DNA of 64,000 nt, taken from an uncultured virus (IMG/VR IMGVR_UViG_3300025132_000025) (Duplodnaviria; Heunggongvirae; Uroviricota; Caudoviricetes). The stretch lies in the IMG/VR virus record IMGVR_UViG_3300025132_000025. The stretch is one strand, 5' to 3'. Positions 7,507 to 18,297 of the stretch are shown here, in pieces (position 1 is the first letter of the stretch; every line of letters begins with the position of its first letter). The translations under genes and the position numbers were made by a program. The notes beneath the pieces were generated by a model. That model did no database searches, was not told the origin of the DNA, and worked only from the letters and a program-made list of their open reading frames with translations.

Positions 7507-9525
7507 ATGAATCATTTTCAAATAGTCCCACATTTTGTAAACACCAGAGAGTTTTCTTGTGAAGCTAAAAATTTTATTAAAAATGGATACTACACAAGTT
7601 CACCTCCTGGTACTTATGCATTTCGAGAATATTGGGATGAACAAACTCGTAGATGTATGGAAGGCTATGAGGTTGGGGGAGTTAGGATAACAGGTGCTCA
7701 CTACTTCTACCTAAATTTTACACAGATAAAAGCGACAGTAAAACAAGGTAAAATAGAGAGAAAGATCCTAACGTTTCCATCATTTCTAGATATGGATTAT
7801 TATTACTTTATGGAGGTAGAGCTAGCTAGACAAAATGGTCAAGGTATTATTGTAGCAAAAGCTCGACGTAAGGGATTCTCTTATAAGAATGGTGCATTAT
7901 GTGTATATCAGTATAATTTCTTTAGAGATTCTACAAGTATTATCGGTGCTTACCTTAATGAATATTCTGGGGCTACTATGAGTATGGCATTTGAAATGTT
8001 AAACTTTATCAATAAACATACTGCATGGGCAAAGCGTAGAAATCCTGATAGAAGAGATTTTGTTAAAGCTAGATTTAAAGAAGTAATAGATGGTCAAGAA
8101 GTTTGGAATGGTTATAATAGTGAAATATTCACATTAACATTTAAGGATAACTTCTCTGCAGCTATTGGTAAAACTGCCGATTTAATGTTATTTGAGGAGG
8201 CCGGAAAATTCCCTAATCTTATTAATGCATATATGGTAACGGCACCAGTATTTAGAGATGGTAATGTTATGATTGGTATGCCACTAATATTCGGAACAGG
8301 GGGAGATATGGATGGAGGATCTAATGATTTTGCTGAGATGTTTTATAATCCAGAAAAGTATTGGTTACGTCCTTATGAAAATATTTGGGATGATGGAGGA
8401 GCAGGAACTAATGCAGGATTCTTTATTGATGATATGTGGTATAAGCCTGGAAAGGTAACTATAGAAAAGACGGGCGAAGTAGTTAGTATGGTAGATGAAG
8501 ATGGTAACTCAAATAGAGAAGCTGCTGAAGCATTCTTAGATCAGGAACGTAGGATATTAAAAACTACAGATTCGAGAACTACTTGGGAAAAATATATTAC
8601 ACAGTCACCAAAGACTCCAAGAGAAGCTTTCTTAAAAACTAGTGGAAATATATTCCCTACTATTGAATTAAATGCTTGGCTGGCTGAACTTGAAGTTACA
8701 AAAAAAGCTCAAGACATGGCTATGGTTGGTGAGTTATATTGGGAAAAGGATACAGTAAAGTGGATGCCTAATAATGATTTAAAGCCTATAAATAAATTCC
8801 CATTAAAACCAAATGAGGATAAAGAAGGTTGTGTAGTTATATGGGAACACCCTTTTAGAGATGATAGTGGATCGAGTCCTTTTGGATTATATATTGCAGG
8901 GACTGACCCATATGATCAAGATGATTCTACAACAAGCTCTTTGGGAAGTACATTTATATATAAGACTTTCCAAAAGTTTGATAAGACTTATAATCTGCCA
9001 GTAGCAGAATATACTGGTAGACCAGAAACCGCAAAAGAATATTATGAGAATATTAGAAAACTTCTCACATATTATAATGCGCAAACCTTATATGAGAATA
9101 ACTTAAAAGGTTTGAAAATATATTTTGAGCAGAAAAAATGTTTACATTTATTAAAAGCTCAACCAAGTATACTAAAAGATATTGTAAATAGAACTACAGT
9201 AGCTAGAGGTTATGGAGTACATATGAGTCAGCCTATAAAAGTACAGGCGGAAATATATTTGAGAGATTGGTTGCTAGAAAAAAGAGCCGATGGTGAAGAT
9301 GGTAATGATAAATTAAATTTACATTCTATACTCTCTGTACCATTACTAAAAGAATTGATAGCGTATGATAAAGATGGTAACTTTGACCGCGCGATAGCAT
9401 TTATGTTATGTATTTTACATTCACATGAAAACTATCATATTGATTTAGAAGCTCAGTTTGATTATGGGCTTGGTGATAAATTCTGGCGCACTTCGCACTT
9501 TAAAAAGAGAAAAGTGCGATTTTAA
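7507..9525 (+). CDS. terL: Terminase large subunit
   Basis: Walker A KARRKGFSY, Walker B LMLFEEAG, GTGGD coupling motif, nuclease IAGTDPY...NFDRAIA; crAss-type. Confidence 0.95.
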   Translation: MNHFQIVPHFVNTREFSCEAKNFIKNGYYTSSPPGTYAFREYWDEQTRRCMEGYEVGGVRITGAHYFYLNFTQIKATVKQGKIERKILTFPSFLDMDYYYFMEVELARQNGQGIIVAKARRKGFSYKNGALCVYQYNFFRDSTSIIGAYLNEYSGATMSMAFEMLNFINKHTAWAKRRNPDRRDFVKARFKEVIDGQEVWNGYNSEIFTLTFKDNFSAAIGKTADLMLFEEAGKFPNLINAYMVTAPVFRDGNVMIGMPLIFGTGGDMDGGSNDFAEMFYNPEKYWLRPYENIWDDGGAGTNAGFFIDDMWYKPGKVTIEKTGEVVSMVDEDGNSNREAAEAFLDQERRILKTTDSRTTWEKYITQSPKTPREAFLKTSGNIFPTIELNAWLAELEVTKKAQDMAMVGELYWEKDTVKWMPNNDLKPINKFPLKPNEDKEGCVVIWEHPFRDDSGSSPFGLYIAGTDPYDQDDSTTSSLGSTFIYKTFQKFDKTYNLPVAEYTGRPETAKEYYENIRKLLTYYNAQTLYENNLKGLKIYFEQKKCLHLLKAQPSILKDIVNRTTVARGYGVHMSQPIKVQAEIYLRDWLLEKRADGEDGNDKLNLHSILSVPLLKELIAYDKDGNFDRAIAFMLCILHSHENYHIDLEAQFDYGLGDKFWRTSHFKKRKVRF

Positions 9526-9548
9526 ATGAATTTTTAAATAAATTTATA

Positions 9549-9556
9549 TACTTTTG
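9549..9556 (+). promoter_or_regulatory. Bacteroidota -7 promoter element (TACTTTTG) before the portal gene
   Basis: TAnnTTTG match in a 52-nt intergenic gap. Confidence 0.65.
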
Positions 9557-9577
9557 TAAATTAATTAAATACGGACA

Positions 9578-12073
9578 ATGGAAGATAACATGGGATCATA
9601 TATTTTGGGAGATCTGCCTAGACAGAAATTACCCCGAAGTAAGAAAGGAAAAAAGTGGGGTCGTACTTGTATAGACGAGCTCGAGAAAATTACGTACGGG
9701 GATGTACAGTATAATGGAAGATCATCTAGATTTAAAAAACAAATTAATTATGATTTGTTTAATGGTAAATTAGATCAGCAAGATTTTCAATATGTATTAA
9801 ATCCGTTTGGATTTAGTGAAGGGGAGTTCCCTGCAACAATGCAGCATTATGATATTATATCTCCAAAACTCCAATTATTAATGGGGGAAGAAATAAAACG
9901 TCCATTTAATTTTAAAGTAGTAACTCATGATCCCGAGGCTATTTCTAAATTAGAAGAGATGAAGAAAGAAATGATGATGCAGTTTCTTTATAGTGTTGTT
10001 GTTAGTCCAGAAGAAGAAGCGGCACAGCAACAAGAACTTCAACAGTTGCAGCAAACAGATCCAGAAGCTGCGGCAGCATATCAACCAAAGACTCCGGCAC
10101 AGATTGAAAAATATATTAACTATGAATATAGAGATATAAAAGAAGTAACAGCTCAGGGTATATTAGAATATCTAAAAAGAGATCAAGATCTAGAACTTAA
10201 ATTTAATCAAGGTTTTAAAGATGCATTAATTGCTGGTGAAGAAATTTATTATGTAGGAGATGTAGCAGGTAATCCTACTGTACGGTTATGTAATCCTCTT
10301 GATATTAGAGTTATATTAGATCCAGATTCTCCGTGGATAGAAGACTCTCAAGCAGTAATAGAAGAAAGATGGTTAACTTTATCTACAGTTATAGATGAAT
10401 TTTATCAAGATTTAGAGCCTGCAGAAATTGATAGACTGGAAAAAGGTCCAGGCGGTAGAAATGATAATATGGAAAGTGGTAATGGATTAAACTATCCATA
10501 TAGTGAATTTAATATTGTTAACTATGAAAGATTAGATACAGTAGGGAGCGGGGTTTTTGATCCTGGTATGATTAGAACATACAGAAGAAATGGAATGATT
10601 AGGGTTCTACAAGTAGAATGGAAGTCTATGAGAAAGATTGGTATTGTAACATATACGGATGAAGCGGGTCAGATACAGGAAGATGTAGTAGACGAAATCT
10701 TTGAAGTTCCGGACTATGCTGAGAAGAAAGGAAAGCAATGGATGTTTGATGGAGTAGTGTTGCAATGGTATTGGATAAGTGAATATTGGGAAGGGACTAA
10801 AATCGGAGAAGATATTTACGTTAATGTTCAGCCAAAGAAAAACCAGCGTAGAGATATGACAAATCCTAGTGATGTTAAATCTGGTTATGTTGGATATATA
10901 TATAATGAAAGAAATTCAGAATCTATATCATTAATTGATAGGATGAAACCTTTCCAGTACCTGTATAATATAATTTATTATAGAACAGAATTAGCTATTG
11001 CTAAATCAAAAGGTAAGGTAGCTTTAATGGATATTTCTCAAATACCAGCATCTGAAGGTTGGGATGTATCTAAGTGGATGTACTACTTAGAGTCTATGGG
11101 AGTAATGTTTATTAATTCTAGGGAAGAAGGTAATAGATCTAGAGATGCGGCTCCGTTTAATCAGTTTCAAAGTATAGATTTATCTATGGGTAATTATATT
11201 AATACTCATGTACAATTACTAGATGCAATTAAAACTGAACTTGGTGAATTATCAGGAGTTAGTAGACAAAGACAGGGTCAAGTACAAACATCAGAATTAG
11301 TTGGTAATACTGAAAGAGCTGTGGTACAGTCTTCACATATTACTGAATTCTGGTTCTATTCTCATAACGAATGTAAGAAAAGAGTATTAACTGCATTATT
11401 AGATGTAGCTAAAATGTCTTATAGAACAGGAAAGAAAATTCAATATTTAGGAGATGATATGATGAGAACTTTCTTAAATGTAGATTCAGAAGATTTTACT
11501 AATTCAAGTTATGGAGTATTTGTTTCAAACTCTTCAAAAGACGACAGAGCATTAGAATCATTAAAGTCTTTAGCACAAGCTGCATTACAAGCAGGAGTAG
11601 TAAGTTTTACAGATGTAGCTACTATTTTACAATCTGAGTCTATGACTAAGGTTAGAAAAATGTTAGAAACAGCTCAGATGGAGATGGAGCAAAAACAAGC
11701 TCAAGCTCAACAAGCAGAACAACAAGCTGCTCAACAAGCTCAACAAATGCAAATGCAGATGGAGCAAGAGAAAGAGAATAGAGAAGATGCTCGTAAAACT
11801 CAAGATAACGAAACTAAAATTAAAGTTGCTATGATTAATGCAGAAGCTAGAATGATTGATGCGGATCATAATAATGATGGTTATGTAGATCGTAAAGAAG
11901 CTCAAGCAGGAGCGGCTGATGCAAAATCAAATGTTGAGGCACAGCTTGCTCGAGAAAAAATGCAAGGAGAATTAGGATTGAAAAAAGCTGAGTTAGATGA
12001 AAAGAAAAGAGCTAATAAAGCAGAAGAGGGTATAAAGAGAACAGCAGCTAAAAACAAACCTAATGCACAGTAA
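9578..12073 (+). CDS. Portal protein
   Basis: 831 aa directly after TerL; crAss-type portal features (LPRQKLP, HYDIISPK..LLMGEE, SLIDRMKPFQYLYNI, GVSRQRQGQ) and Q-rich C-terminal coil. Confidence 0.9.
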   Translation: MEDNMGSYILGDLPRQKLPRSKKGKKWGRTCIDELEKITYGDVQYNGRSSRFKKQINYDLFNGKLDQQDFQYVLNPFGFSEGEFPATMQHYDIISPKLQLLMGEEIKRPFNFKVVTHDPEAISKLEEMKKEMMMQFLYSVVVSPEEEAAQQQELQQLQQTDPEAAAAYQPKTPAQIEKYINYEYRDIKEVTAQGILEYLKRDQDLELKFNQGFKDALIAGEEIYYVGDVAGNPTVRLCNPLDIRVILDPDSPWIEDSQAVIEERWLTLSTVIDEFYQDLEPAEIDRLEKGPGGRNDNMESGNGLNYPYSEFNIVNYERLDTVGSGVFDPGMIRTYRRNGMIRVLQVEWKSMRKIGIVTYTDEAGQIQEDVVDEIFEVPDYAEKKGKQWMFDGVVLQWYWISEYWEGTKIGEDIYVNVQPKKNQRRDMTNPSDVKSGYVGYIYNERNSESISLIDRMKPFQYLYNIIYYRTELAIAKSKGKVALMDISQIPASEGWDVSKWMYYLESMGVMFINSREEGNRSRDAAPFNQFQSIDLSMGNYINTHVQLLDAIKTELGELSGVSRQRQGQVQTSELVGNTERAVVQSSHITEFWFYSHNECKKRVLTALLDVAKMSYRTGKKIQYLGDDMMRTFLNVDSEDFTNSSYGVFVSNSSKDDRALESLKSLAQAALQAGVVSFTDVATILQSESMTKVRKMLETAQMEMEQKQAQAQQAEQQAAQQAQQMQMQMEQEKENREDARKTQDNETKIKVAMINAEARMIDADHNNDGYVDRKEAQAGAADAKSNVEAQLAREKMQGELGLKKAELDEKKRANKAEEGIKRTAAKNKPNAQ

Positions 12074-13979
12074 GAATTTTAACGAATATAGAAGAGCAAG
12101 ATTTGAGACTGGAGGAAATCCTAATGAAAATGTTACGAGTAAAAACGAGCATAAGGAAGATCAAATAACTGAGAAGGAGTATTATACAAAAGGAGATTGG
12201 TATAAACATCATGCTGCAGAATGGAAGGGAGCATTTCCTAGAATGTTTTATAGTGATCAAGAAAGAAACCCAAACTTGAATTTAAGTAAAGCGGGGTTTT
12301 TAGCTCTTGCTATGTCTAAGCATATGGGATATGGAGATCAGCCTATACACTTAACAAGTGGCGAACGTCTTGGATATGATCAGTGGAGAGTGATGAAAAA
12401 GTATCAGTATCCACAAGATATGAATTTATATGATAAAGAGTTTCGATCTCATGTAAAAGATTCAGTGAGAATTATGGGTCTTCAAAATGCTGGTCCTGCA
12501 ATAGTAGATTGGATTGAACAGCAGTATCAGGATTTCGAACAGGGCTTAATATCAGAAGAGGAATTAAAGAAAAAAGTTAGTTCTCATATTGTAGGAGATG
12601 CTGGAGATTTTGTAGGGCCTTTCAGAACTTGGTTAAGAGGTAGTGGAAGTAAAGATTTTAGGACAGCTTTTAATGTTAATCCTTTAGATGAAGGAGACCA
12701 TTATCATGTACCATTTGACGATATAGATCCTTCTACTTTATCTACAGAATTACAAGCACATTATTATCATTTTGAAGATATGTTTAATAGACTAGCAAAA
12801 GAAAATGATAGAGGAGAATTAAGAATCGATATGAATCCAAGTTCATATTCATTAAGTGAATTATCTGGTTTGGCAAATCTTCAGTTGGAATCTATTCCTA
12901 TAACTGAAATACCAACTATTAATAAAGAGCCTGAGCTTATTAAAGCAAAGCCTATAGATTTATCTACAATGCCTAAATCAAAAGGGCCTAGTATTTGGGA
13001 TAGATTAGGTTTTGAAAATGGAGGTAATCCAGAATGGAGAAAAAGAGCTAGAGCAGAATATGGTTTAAATAATCAACCACAAAGTCCAGTACATGAAAAA
13101 GAATTGCGGGCTAATGTTGGTTTGATTCAGCCTCAGAAGCCAATTACTCAAGGACATCCATTATGGGTTGGTCCTACAATTCCTTCTTTTATGTTAGAAG
13201 GATTAACAGAAAGTAAAGAGGAAGAGACTCCTACATTTAGTGTTAATAAATATGGTTGGGCAGATATAGACCATTATAGATCAAAGAAAGACGATCTTGC
13301 GTATATTACAGAACAGCAAAATCTAGCCTTAACTGAAGGCCGAGATATTAAGGTTGATGGTGCGTGGGGTAATCAAACCTATAATGCAATAAATCAAACT
13401 TTAGTAAATCAGCAATTAGACGCTTATACTAATCCATACTTCACTGATGCAGAATTCCAGGCTCAAATATGGAAAGAATCTGGTGGAAAAAATTCTACTG
13501 TATCAGGCGCAGGAGCTAGAGGTATATCACAGTTTATGCCTAAAACATTTAAGTGGGCAAAAGAAAAAGGGTGGATTCCAGAGACAGCTAAGATAACAGA
13601 TCCAGCTGCTCAAGCATTAGCTCAAAGACGTTATATGGATTATTTATATGAAGATAGAACTAATATAAAATCTGCTAAAACAACAGAGGAAAGAAAAGCT
13701 AGAACTTTTGCTGCATATAATATGGGACCTGCGGCTTTTGATGAGTTCTGGGGTGAGTTGTCCGATGCAGATAAGAAGGCGGGATGGAAGACTTGGTATA
13801 AGAAAGCAAACAATGAAAGTAAGATGTATGTTTTGTGGAATATGGATAGAGCTACATATAAAAAAGATTATTCAACTCCATATAAACATAAACGTGGATA
13901 TATGACATCTAAATGGAATGATGTAAATTATGGATTTGATGCCTTTGTAAAGAAGAATGAAATCTACAGATACAAATAA
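12063..13979 (+). CDS. Virion-associated dual peptidoglycan hydrolase (M15-like peptidase + PG-binding-like motif + SLT lytic transglycosylase)
   Basis: TSGER...SSHIVGDAGD...DHYHV; VDGAWGNQT; KESGG...SGAGARGISQFMPKT...AAYNMG. Confidence 0.75.
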   Translation: MHSKNFNEYRRARFETGGNPNENVTSKNEHKEDQITEKEYYTKGDWYKHHAAEWKGAFPRMFYSDQERNPNLNLSKAGFLALAMSKHMGYGDQPIHLTSGERLGYDQWRVMKKYQYPQDMNLYDKEFRSHVKDSVRIMGLQNAGPAIVDWIEQQYQDFEQGLISEEELKKKVSSHIVGDAGDFVGPFRTWLRGSGSKDFRTAFNVNPLDEGDHYHVPFDDIDPSTLSTELQAHYYHFEDMFNRLAKENDRGELRIDMNPSSYSLSELSGLANLQLESIPITEIPTINKEPELIKAKPIDLSTMPKSKGPSIWDRLGFENGGNPEWRKRARAEYGLNNQPQSPVHEKELRANVGLIQPQKPITQGHPLWVGPTIPSFMLEGLTESKEEETPTFSVNKYGWADIDHYRSKKDDLAYITEQQNLALTEGRDIKVDGAWGNQTYNAINQTLVNQQLDAYTNPYFTDAEFQAQIWKESGGKNSTVSGAGARGISQFMPKTFKWAKEKGWIPETAKITDPAAQALAQRRYMDYLYEDRTNIKSAKTTEERKARTFAAYNMGPAAFDEFWGELSDADKKAGWKTWYKKANNESKMYVLWNMDRATYKKDYSTPYKHKRGYMTSKWNDVNYGFDAFVKKNEIYRYK

Positions 13980-14049
13980 AAAGCTATAATAAACAATAAA
14001 AAATTTATTTTTTCCTAGCAAAAGGTTTTTTTATGTAATTAATTAAATA

Positions 14050-14057
14050 TATTTTTG
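14050..14057 (+). promoter_or_regulatory. Bacteroidota -7 promoter element (TATTTTTG) before the capsid module
   Basis: TAnnTTTG match in an intergenic region. Confidence 0.65.
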
Positions 14058-14082
14058 TCGAATTCAAAAAACTAATATTATT

Positions 14083-15279
14083 ATGTCAGAGAATACAAAC
14101 GATAATCCAAACCTAGATGGATTCAAAAATTTAGCTGCAGATATAATGCCAGCTGATAATCTAGAAGTAAAAGAAGTTGCATCAGTACCAGAAGAAGATT
14201 TAACAGAAACACTTGGAGCTGATACCGGAGTCAAGGACTTAACGGGAAGTGACTTAACTACCGATTCGGTAGAGCATATGGATGATGATAAAGAGGAGAC
14301 GGAAAAAGAGGAGAGTAAAGAAACTCTTTCAGTTGATAATTTAGAAATCGCATATAAAGAAGAAATGGGAGAAGAAGACGAAACAGAAGAGACTGTTTCT
14401 GAATCTGATTCTGAGGAAGTATCACAACTTGGGGTACTTGCTAATTACCTAAAGGAAGAAGGTGTTATTGATTTTGATGATGAAGAATTTGAAGACTCAG
14501 AAGATGGGATCAAATCTTTGATTGAGAATGAAATAAAAAAAGGTGTAAGTAAATACAAAGAAGACCTTCCTGCTTTAGCACAAGAGTTTATTGAGTATAT
14601 AGATAAAGGAGGAGATCCTCAAAATTTTGTAAAAGCTACGAGTGATGTTGACTTTAGTAGAATCGATCCAAAGATGGTTGAAGGTAAAGAAAACTTACAG
14701 AAGCAGTTAGTTGCAGAATTAATGAGACGTGAAGGTTTCTCTCAGGATGACATCCTTTCTGATATTCAAGATTTTGTAGATGGAGGTTTAATAAAGAAAA
14801 GAGCAGACAGAGCTTTGAAGAAATTACAAAGCATGCAAGCTAATGATCGAAAAAGCCTTCTTAAAAAACAAGAAGAATCTGCTAAAGCTAAAGAAGCAGA
14901 GTACACAAATTTTCTTACTAGTCTTAAAGACGACATCCAAACCAGAGAAGAAATCGCTGGTTTTCCGGTGTCTAAGAAAGCAAAGAAGGATTTCTATGAT
15001 TATATAACAAAGCCTGACAGGAAGACAGGAAAAACTAGATTGGTGATGGATTCGGAAGCTGATCAAGATTCTCAGCTTAAAATGGCTTGGTTGTATTATA
15101 ATAAGTTCGATTTTTCAAAAGTTGAAAAAAAGGCTAGAACAAAAGCAACATCTTCGCTTAAAGCAAGTCTAGAAAGAGCTTCTGGAGTTTCTTCAAAGAG
15201 ACTAAAGAGTAAAACTAGAACAAAAGCTACAGGCAATGATATTGATTTCAGCTTATTTAAAAACGTACTTAATAAGTAA
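14083..15279 (+). CDS. Putative capsid scaffolding protein
   Basis: Highly acidic N-half, coiled-coil, basic C-terminus; immediately upstream of the major capsid gene, as in crAss-like phages. Confidence 0.7.
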   Translation: MSENTNDNPNLDGFKNLAADIMPADNLEVKEVASVPEEDLTETLGADTGVKDLTGSDLTTDSVEHMDDDKEETEKEESKETLSVDNLEIAYKEEMGEEDETEETVSESDSEEVSQLGVLANYLKEEGVIDFDDEEFEDSEDGIKSLIENEIKKGVSKYKEDLPALAQEFIEYIDKGGDPQNFVKATSDVDFSRIDPKMVEGKENLQKQLVAELMRREGFSQDDILSDIQDFVDGGLIKKRADRALKKLQSMQANDRKSLLKKQEESAKAKEAEYTNFLTSLKDDIQTREEIAGFPVSKKAKKDFYDYITKPDRKTGKTRLVMDSEADQDSQLKMAWLYYNKFDFSKVEKKARTKATSSLKASLERASGVSSKRLKSKTRTKATGNDIDFSLFKNVLNK

Positions 15280-15314
15280 TTAATTAATAATGTTTAACTA
15301 AAAAAAGAAAGTGA

Positions 15315-16766
15315 ATGGCTATAAACGGATTGCAACTTTATAAAACTAAGTGGCACTCGGGATTAACCCAACAGAATCACCTTTCGTCAGCATATCTGAC
15401 TGAGCCTGAAGTAATGAGTACATTAGTAACTCGTATCTTCGGAATGCAAGGATCTAACCCTATCCAATATTTAACTAGCGGAATGGGAAGATCTTCTGAG
15501 ATCGGAAACAGAGAATATGACTGGCATTTACAAGGAGACGATGAAAAGGCAGTTCCAGTGACTGGAAACTTAGGTGACGGCGGAGCTCAACCAGGGCTTA
15601 ACCGTACAACGTTCCGAGTTAAGTTCGGAGAAAAATGGTTCGCTAACCAAGAAGTATTGGTTGCGGATGACAGAGATTACAGAGTAAGAGTAATGGAAGA
15701 TCCATATTTTGATGGATCAGATTGGATCTACACGTTAAAATTAACGAGTCCAGACCCAACGAAATTCATGGACCCAACATTGATTGATGCAGGATCACAG
15801 TTCTCGAAAGAGTATACTACAGTTCCTGAATTCTCAACTGGTGGTAACACGACTTTCAGTGCTCCATTTAAAATGAGAAATCATTTATCAACTCTACGTA
15901 AATCTTACACAGTAACAAGATCAGCAGCAACTGATGCTCTTGTTATTCAACTAGCTGACCCAGCTAACCCAGGAAAGAAAACTACAGTGTGGACAAGATA
16001 CGCTGAATGGGAAGCAATGGCTCAGTGGTATAGAGAAATTGAAAGATCATACTGGTACTCAACATTCTCTGCTAATGCTAATGGTATTACAGATATGTTA
16101 GGTAACAACGGTCTTCCAGTATACGAAGGAGCAGGTATTAGAGAGCAAATTGCTCCTGCTAACAGACGTTACTATACAGACTTATCAGAAGGAATCATTA
16201 GAGATTTCTTAATTGACTTGTCTTACAATGTAATGCCTGAGTCTTCAAGAGAGTTTGTTGCGTTTACAGGTGAGTACGGATTCGCAGAATTCGACAGAGC
16301 TATGAAAACAGCAGCTTCAAACTGGACTCTTGTAGATTCAACATTCATTACTGGTAGCGGGCAAAACTTGTCTTTAGGTGGACAATTCAAAACTTACCTA
16401 GGATTAAATGGTACTAAGATTACTCTTAAGCACTTACCATTATATGACAACACAGTTATCAACAGACAGTTACATGCTGATACTGGAAGACCATTAGAGT
16501 CTTACAGATTCACATTCCTTGACTTTGGTATGGCTGGTGGAGAATCAAACATCCAAGCAGTTCATAAAAAAGATTCTAAGGATATGATGTGGCATACTGC
16601 TGGTTCTGTAGATCCATTTGGAAATACAGCTAAATCTGTTAACACTATGCGTTCTGATAATCTTGATGGTTACTCAGTACACATGTTAACTGAGTGTGGT
16701 GTGATGATTAAAAATCCTATGGCTTGTGGTGAATTGATTTGTACTAAGGCAGCTCCAAACAGCTAA
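15315..16766 (+). CDS. Major capsid protein
   Basis: 483 aa; crAss MCP-like motifs (WHSGLTQQNHL, FKMRNHLSTLRKSY, GAGIREQI, FTGEYG..EFD, DGYSVHMLTECG); strong codon bias consistent with high expression. Confidence 0.9.
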   Translation: MAINGLQLYKTKWHSGLTQQNHLSSAYLTEPEVMSTLVTRIFGMQGSNPIQYLTSGMGRSSEIGNREYDWHLQGDDEKAVPVTGNLGDGGAQPGLNRTTFRVKFGEKWFANQEVLVADDRDYRVRVMEDPYFDGSDWIYTLKLTSPDPTKFMDPTLIDAGSQFSKEYTTVPEFSTGGNTTFSAPFKMRNHLSTLRKSYTVTRSAATDALVIQLADPANPGKKTTVWTRYAEWEAMAQWYREIERSYWYSTFSANANGITDMLGNNGLPVYEGAGIREQIAPANRRYYTDLSEGIIRDFLIDLSYNVMPESSREFVAFTGEYGFAEFDRAMKTAASNWTLVDSTFITGSGQNLSLGGQFKTYLGLNGTKITLKHLPLYDNTVINRQLHADTGRPLESYRFTFLDFGMAGGESNIQAVHKKDSKDMMWHTAGSVDPFGNTAKSVNTMRSDNLDGYSVHMLTECGVMIKNPMACGELICTKAAPNS

Positions 16767-16791
16767 TTAGTGTTTAATTTAAAAATTTATC

Positions 16792-17565
16792 ATGAAAGAT
16801 AGAACAGGAAAAGTAATTTTGAAGGCTTTAGAAAGACAGTCATGGTCAGGCTTCCATAGATTTCCTAAATGTAAAGATACGGTCATAGCTTCTCTCGGTC
16901 GAGGGGGCTATGCTACCGGTCTTACACAAAAGGAAGAAAAGGATCTTGAATCAGAACTTCAGATGAAGCCTGGTACTTTAGGTAAGTACTCAGAGTATTG
17001 GAGAGACTATACGGTTATATTAAATGACAAGGATAAAACCTTGATGTTAGAAAGACCTAGAGATTTTATTGATTATAGAATCTTAATGTCTAGTAAACGT
17101 GTAGCTAATTCAGTTAATAATTTAAAAGATTGGCCAAAAGCAGAATATGTATTGTATGATGCAGAAGAAGATGCTAAAAAGGATAATCTTAAAATTAAAG
17201 AAAAAAGGAAGGCTTATAAAACATTTAACTCAATGACAACAACTGAAATGCGTAATGTATTAAAACTAATGGGTAAGAAGTCAGAAAATGCTTCGGACAC
17301 ATTAATTGAAAATACACTTGCAGATATTTTAGATAAAGATCCAGGGAGTTTTAATGAAACTGTAGACCAACCAGATTTCAAACTTCGAGTATTTGTCGAA
17401 GATCTTAGAGGTATAAATGCTCTTCGCGTGAGAGGTGGTCACTACATGTTCGGTGATAGTGCTATTGGTCACGACTTAGAATCAGCATTATTATACTTAA
17501 AAGATCCAAAAAATCAGGATATAGTATTATCGTTAAAGTCAAAACTTAAAGCAAGTAAAAAATAA
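16792..17565 (+). CDS. Conserved crAss-like protein downstream of MCP
   Basis: Synteny; GYATGLT..EEK.LE..L and YLKDPKNQD motifs. Confidence 0.65.
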   Translation: MKDRTGKVILKALERQSWSGFHRFPKCKDTVIASLGRGGYATGLTQKEEKDLESELQMKPGTLGKYSEYWRDYTVILNDKDKTLMLERPRDFIDYRILMSSKRVANSVNNLKDWPKAEYVLYDAEEDAKKDNLKIKEKRKAYKTFNSMTTTEMRNVLKLMGKKSENASDTLIENTLADILDKDPGSFNETVDQPDFKLRVFVEDLRGINALRVRGGHYMFGDSAIGHDLESALLYLKDPKNQDIVLSLKSKLKASKK

Positions 17566-18266
17566 TGACGTTAGCAGAAATGCACATAGAATTCAAATTA
17601 GGGTTAGATAAGACAGATAGTCTTAACTACCCTAACTTTGAACCTGAAGAAATCGATCTTTGGCTTAATAGAGCTCAGGATCGTTTTGTAAAGACACGTT
17701 ATGTACACAACAACAAAACGGAAACATTTGAGGAAACGCAAAAACGTACTGATGATTTAAGAACTATTGTTACAGAAGCAACAATAATTCCGTCTGCGAT
17801 ACAAACCCCAACTAAACCAAATGGAATATTATTCGATTTGCCTGATGGGAGTATAAGTCCGGATATTTATTGGTTCGCCATTAACGAAGAATGTGAAATA
17901 CGTTATGAAGACTGCAACGGCAGTTGGGTAGACGAAAGAACAGGAGTTTATGCGACATCTCATAATGATTACGATAAGTTAGTCGATGATCCATTTAATA
18001 AACCAGACAAAGGAGTTGTCTTACGTTTAATGCATGGAAGATGGGCTGAGTTGATTACAGATGGGTCTTATACAATAAACCAGTATTTTTTGAGATATAT
18101 AAGACAACCGATTAGATTGGATATTATTAATTCTCCATTAATGTCATGTGAATTAGCAGAACATACACACATAGAAATTGTGAGTATAGCTGTTGGTTTA
18201 GCATTAGAGAATATAGCAAGTCCAAGATTCCAGAGTCATATGGTCACAGAAGTTACAGGAGAATAA
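17565..18266 (+). CDS. Head-tail connector/ring protein
   Basis: MT..EMHIEFKLGLDK..S...EEIDLWLNRAQ...YIRQP...CELAEHTHIEIV; typical of the crAss ring protein after the MCP module. Confidence 0.7.
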   Translation: MTLAEMHIEFKLGLDKTDSLNYPNFEPEEIDLWLNRAQDRFVKTRYVHNNKTETFEETQKRTDDLRTIVTEATIIPSAIQTPTKPNGILFDLPDGSISPDIYWFAINEECEIRYEDCNGSWVDERTGVYATSHNDYDKLVDDPFNKPDKGVVLRLMHGRWAELITDGSYTINQYFLRYIRQPIRLDIINSPLMSCELAEHTHIEIVSIAVGLALENIASPRFQSHMVTEVTGE

Positions 18267-18297
18267 AAAAAATTGTTTAATTTAAAAATTATGAGTA

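Noticed and set aside
11695..11770. CAA/GCT-rich tandem-like repeat
   Set aside because: It encodes the Q/A-rich portal coiled coil; not a CRISPR array or separate element
7507..16766. Introns or inteins in terL, portal or MCP
   Set aside because: ORFs are uninterrupted and of expected size, with no intein or homing-endonuclease motifs seen
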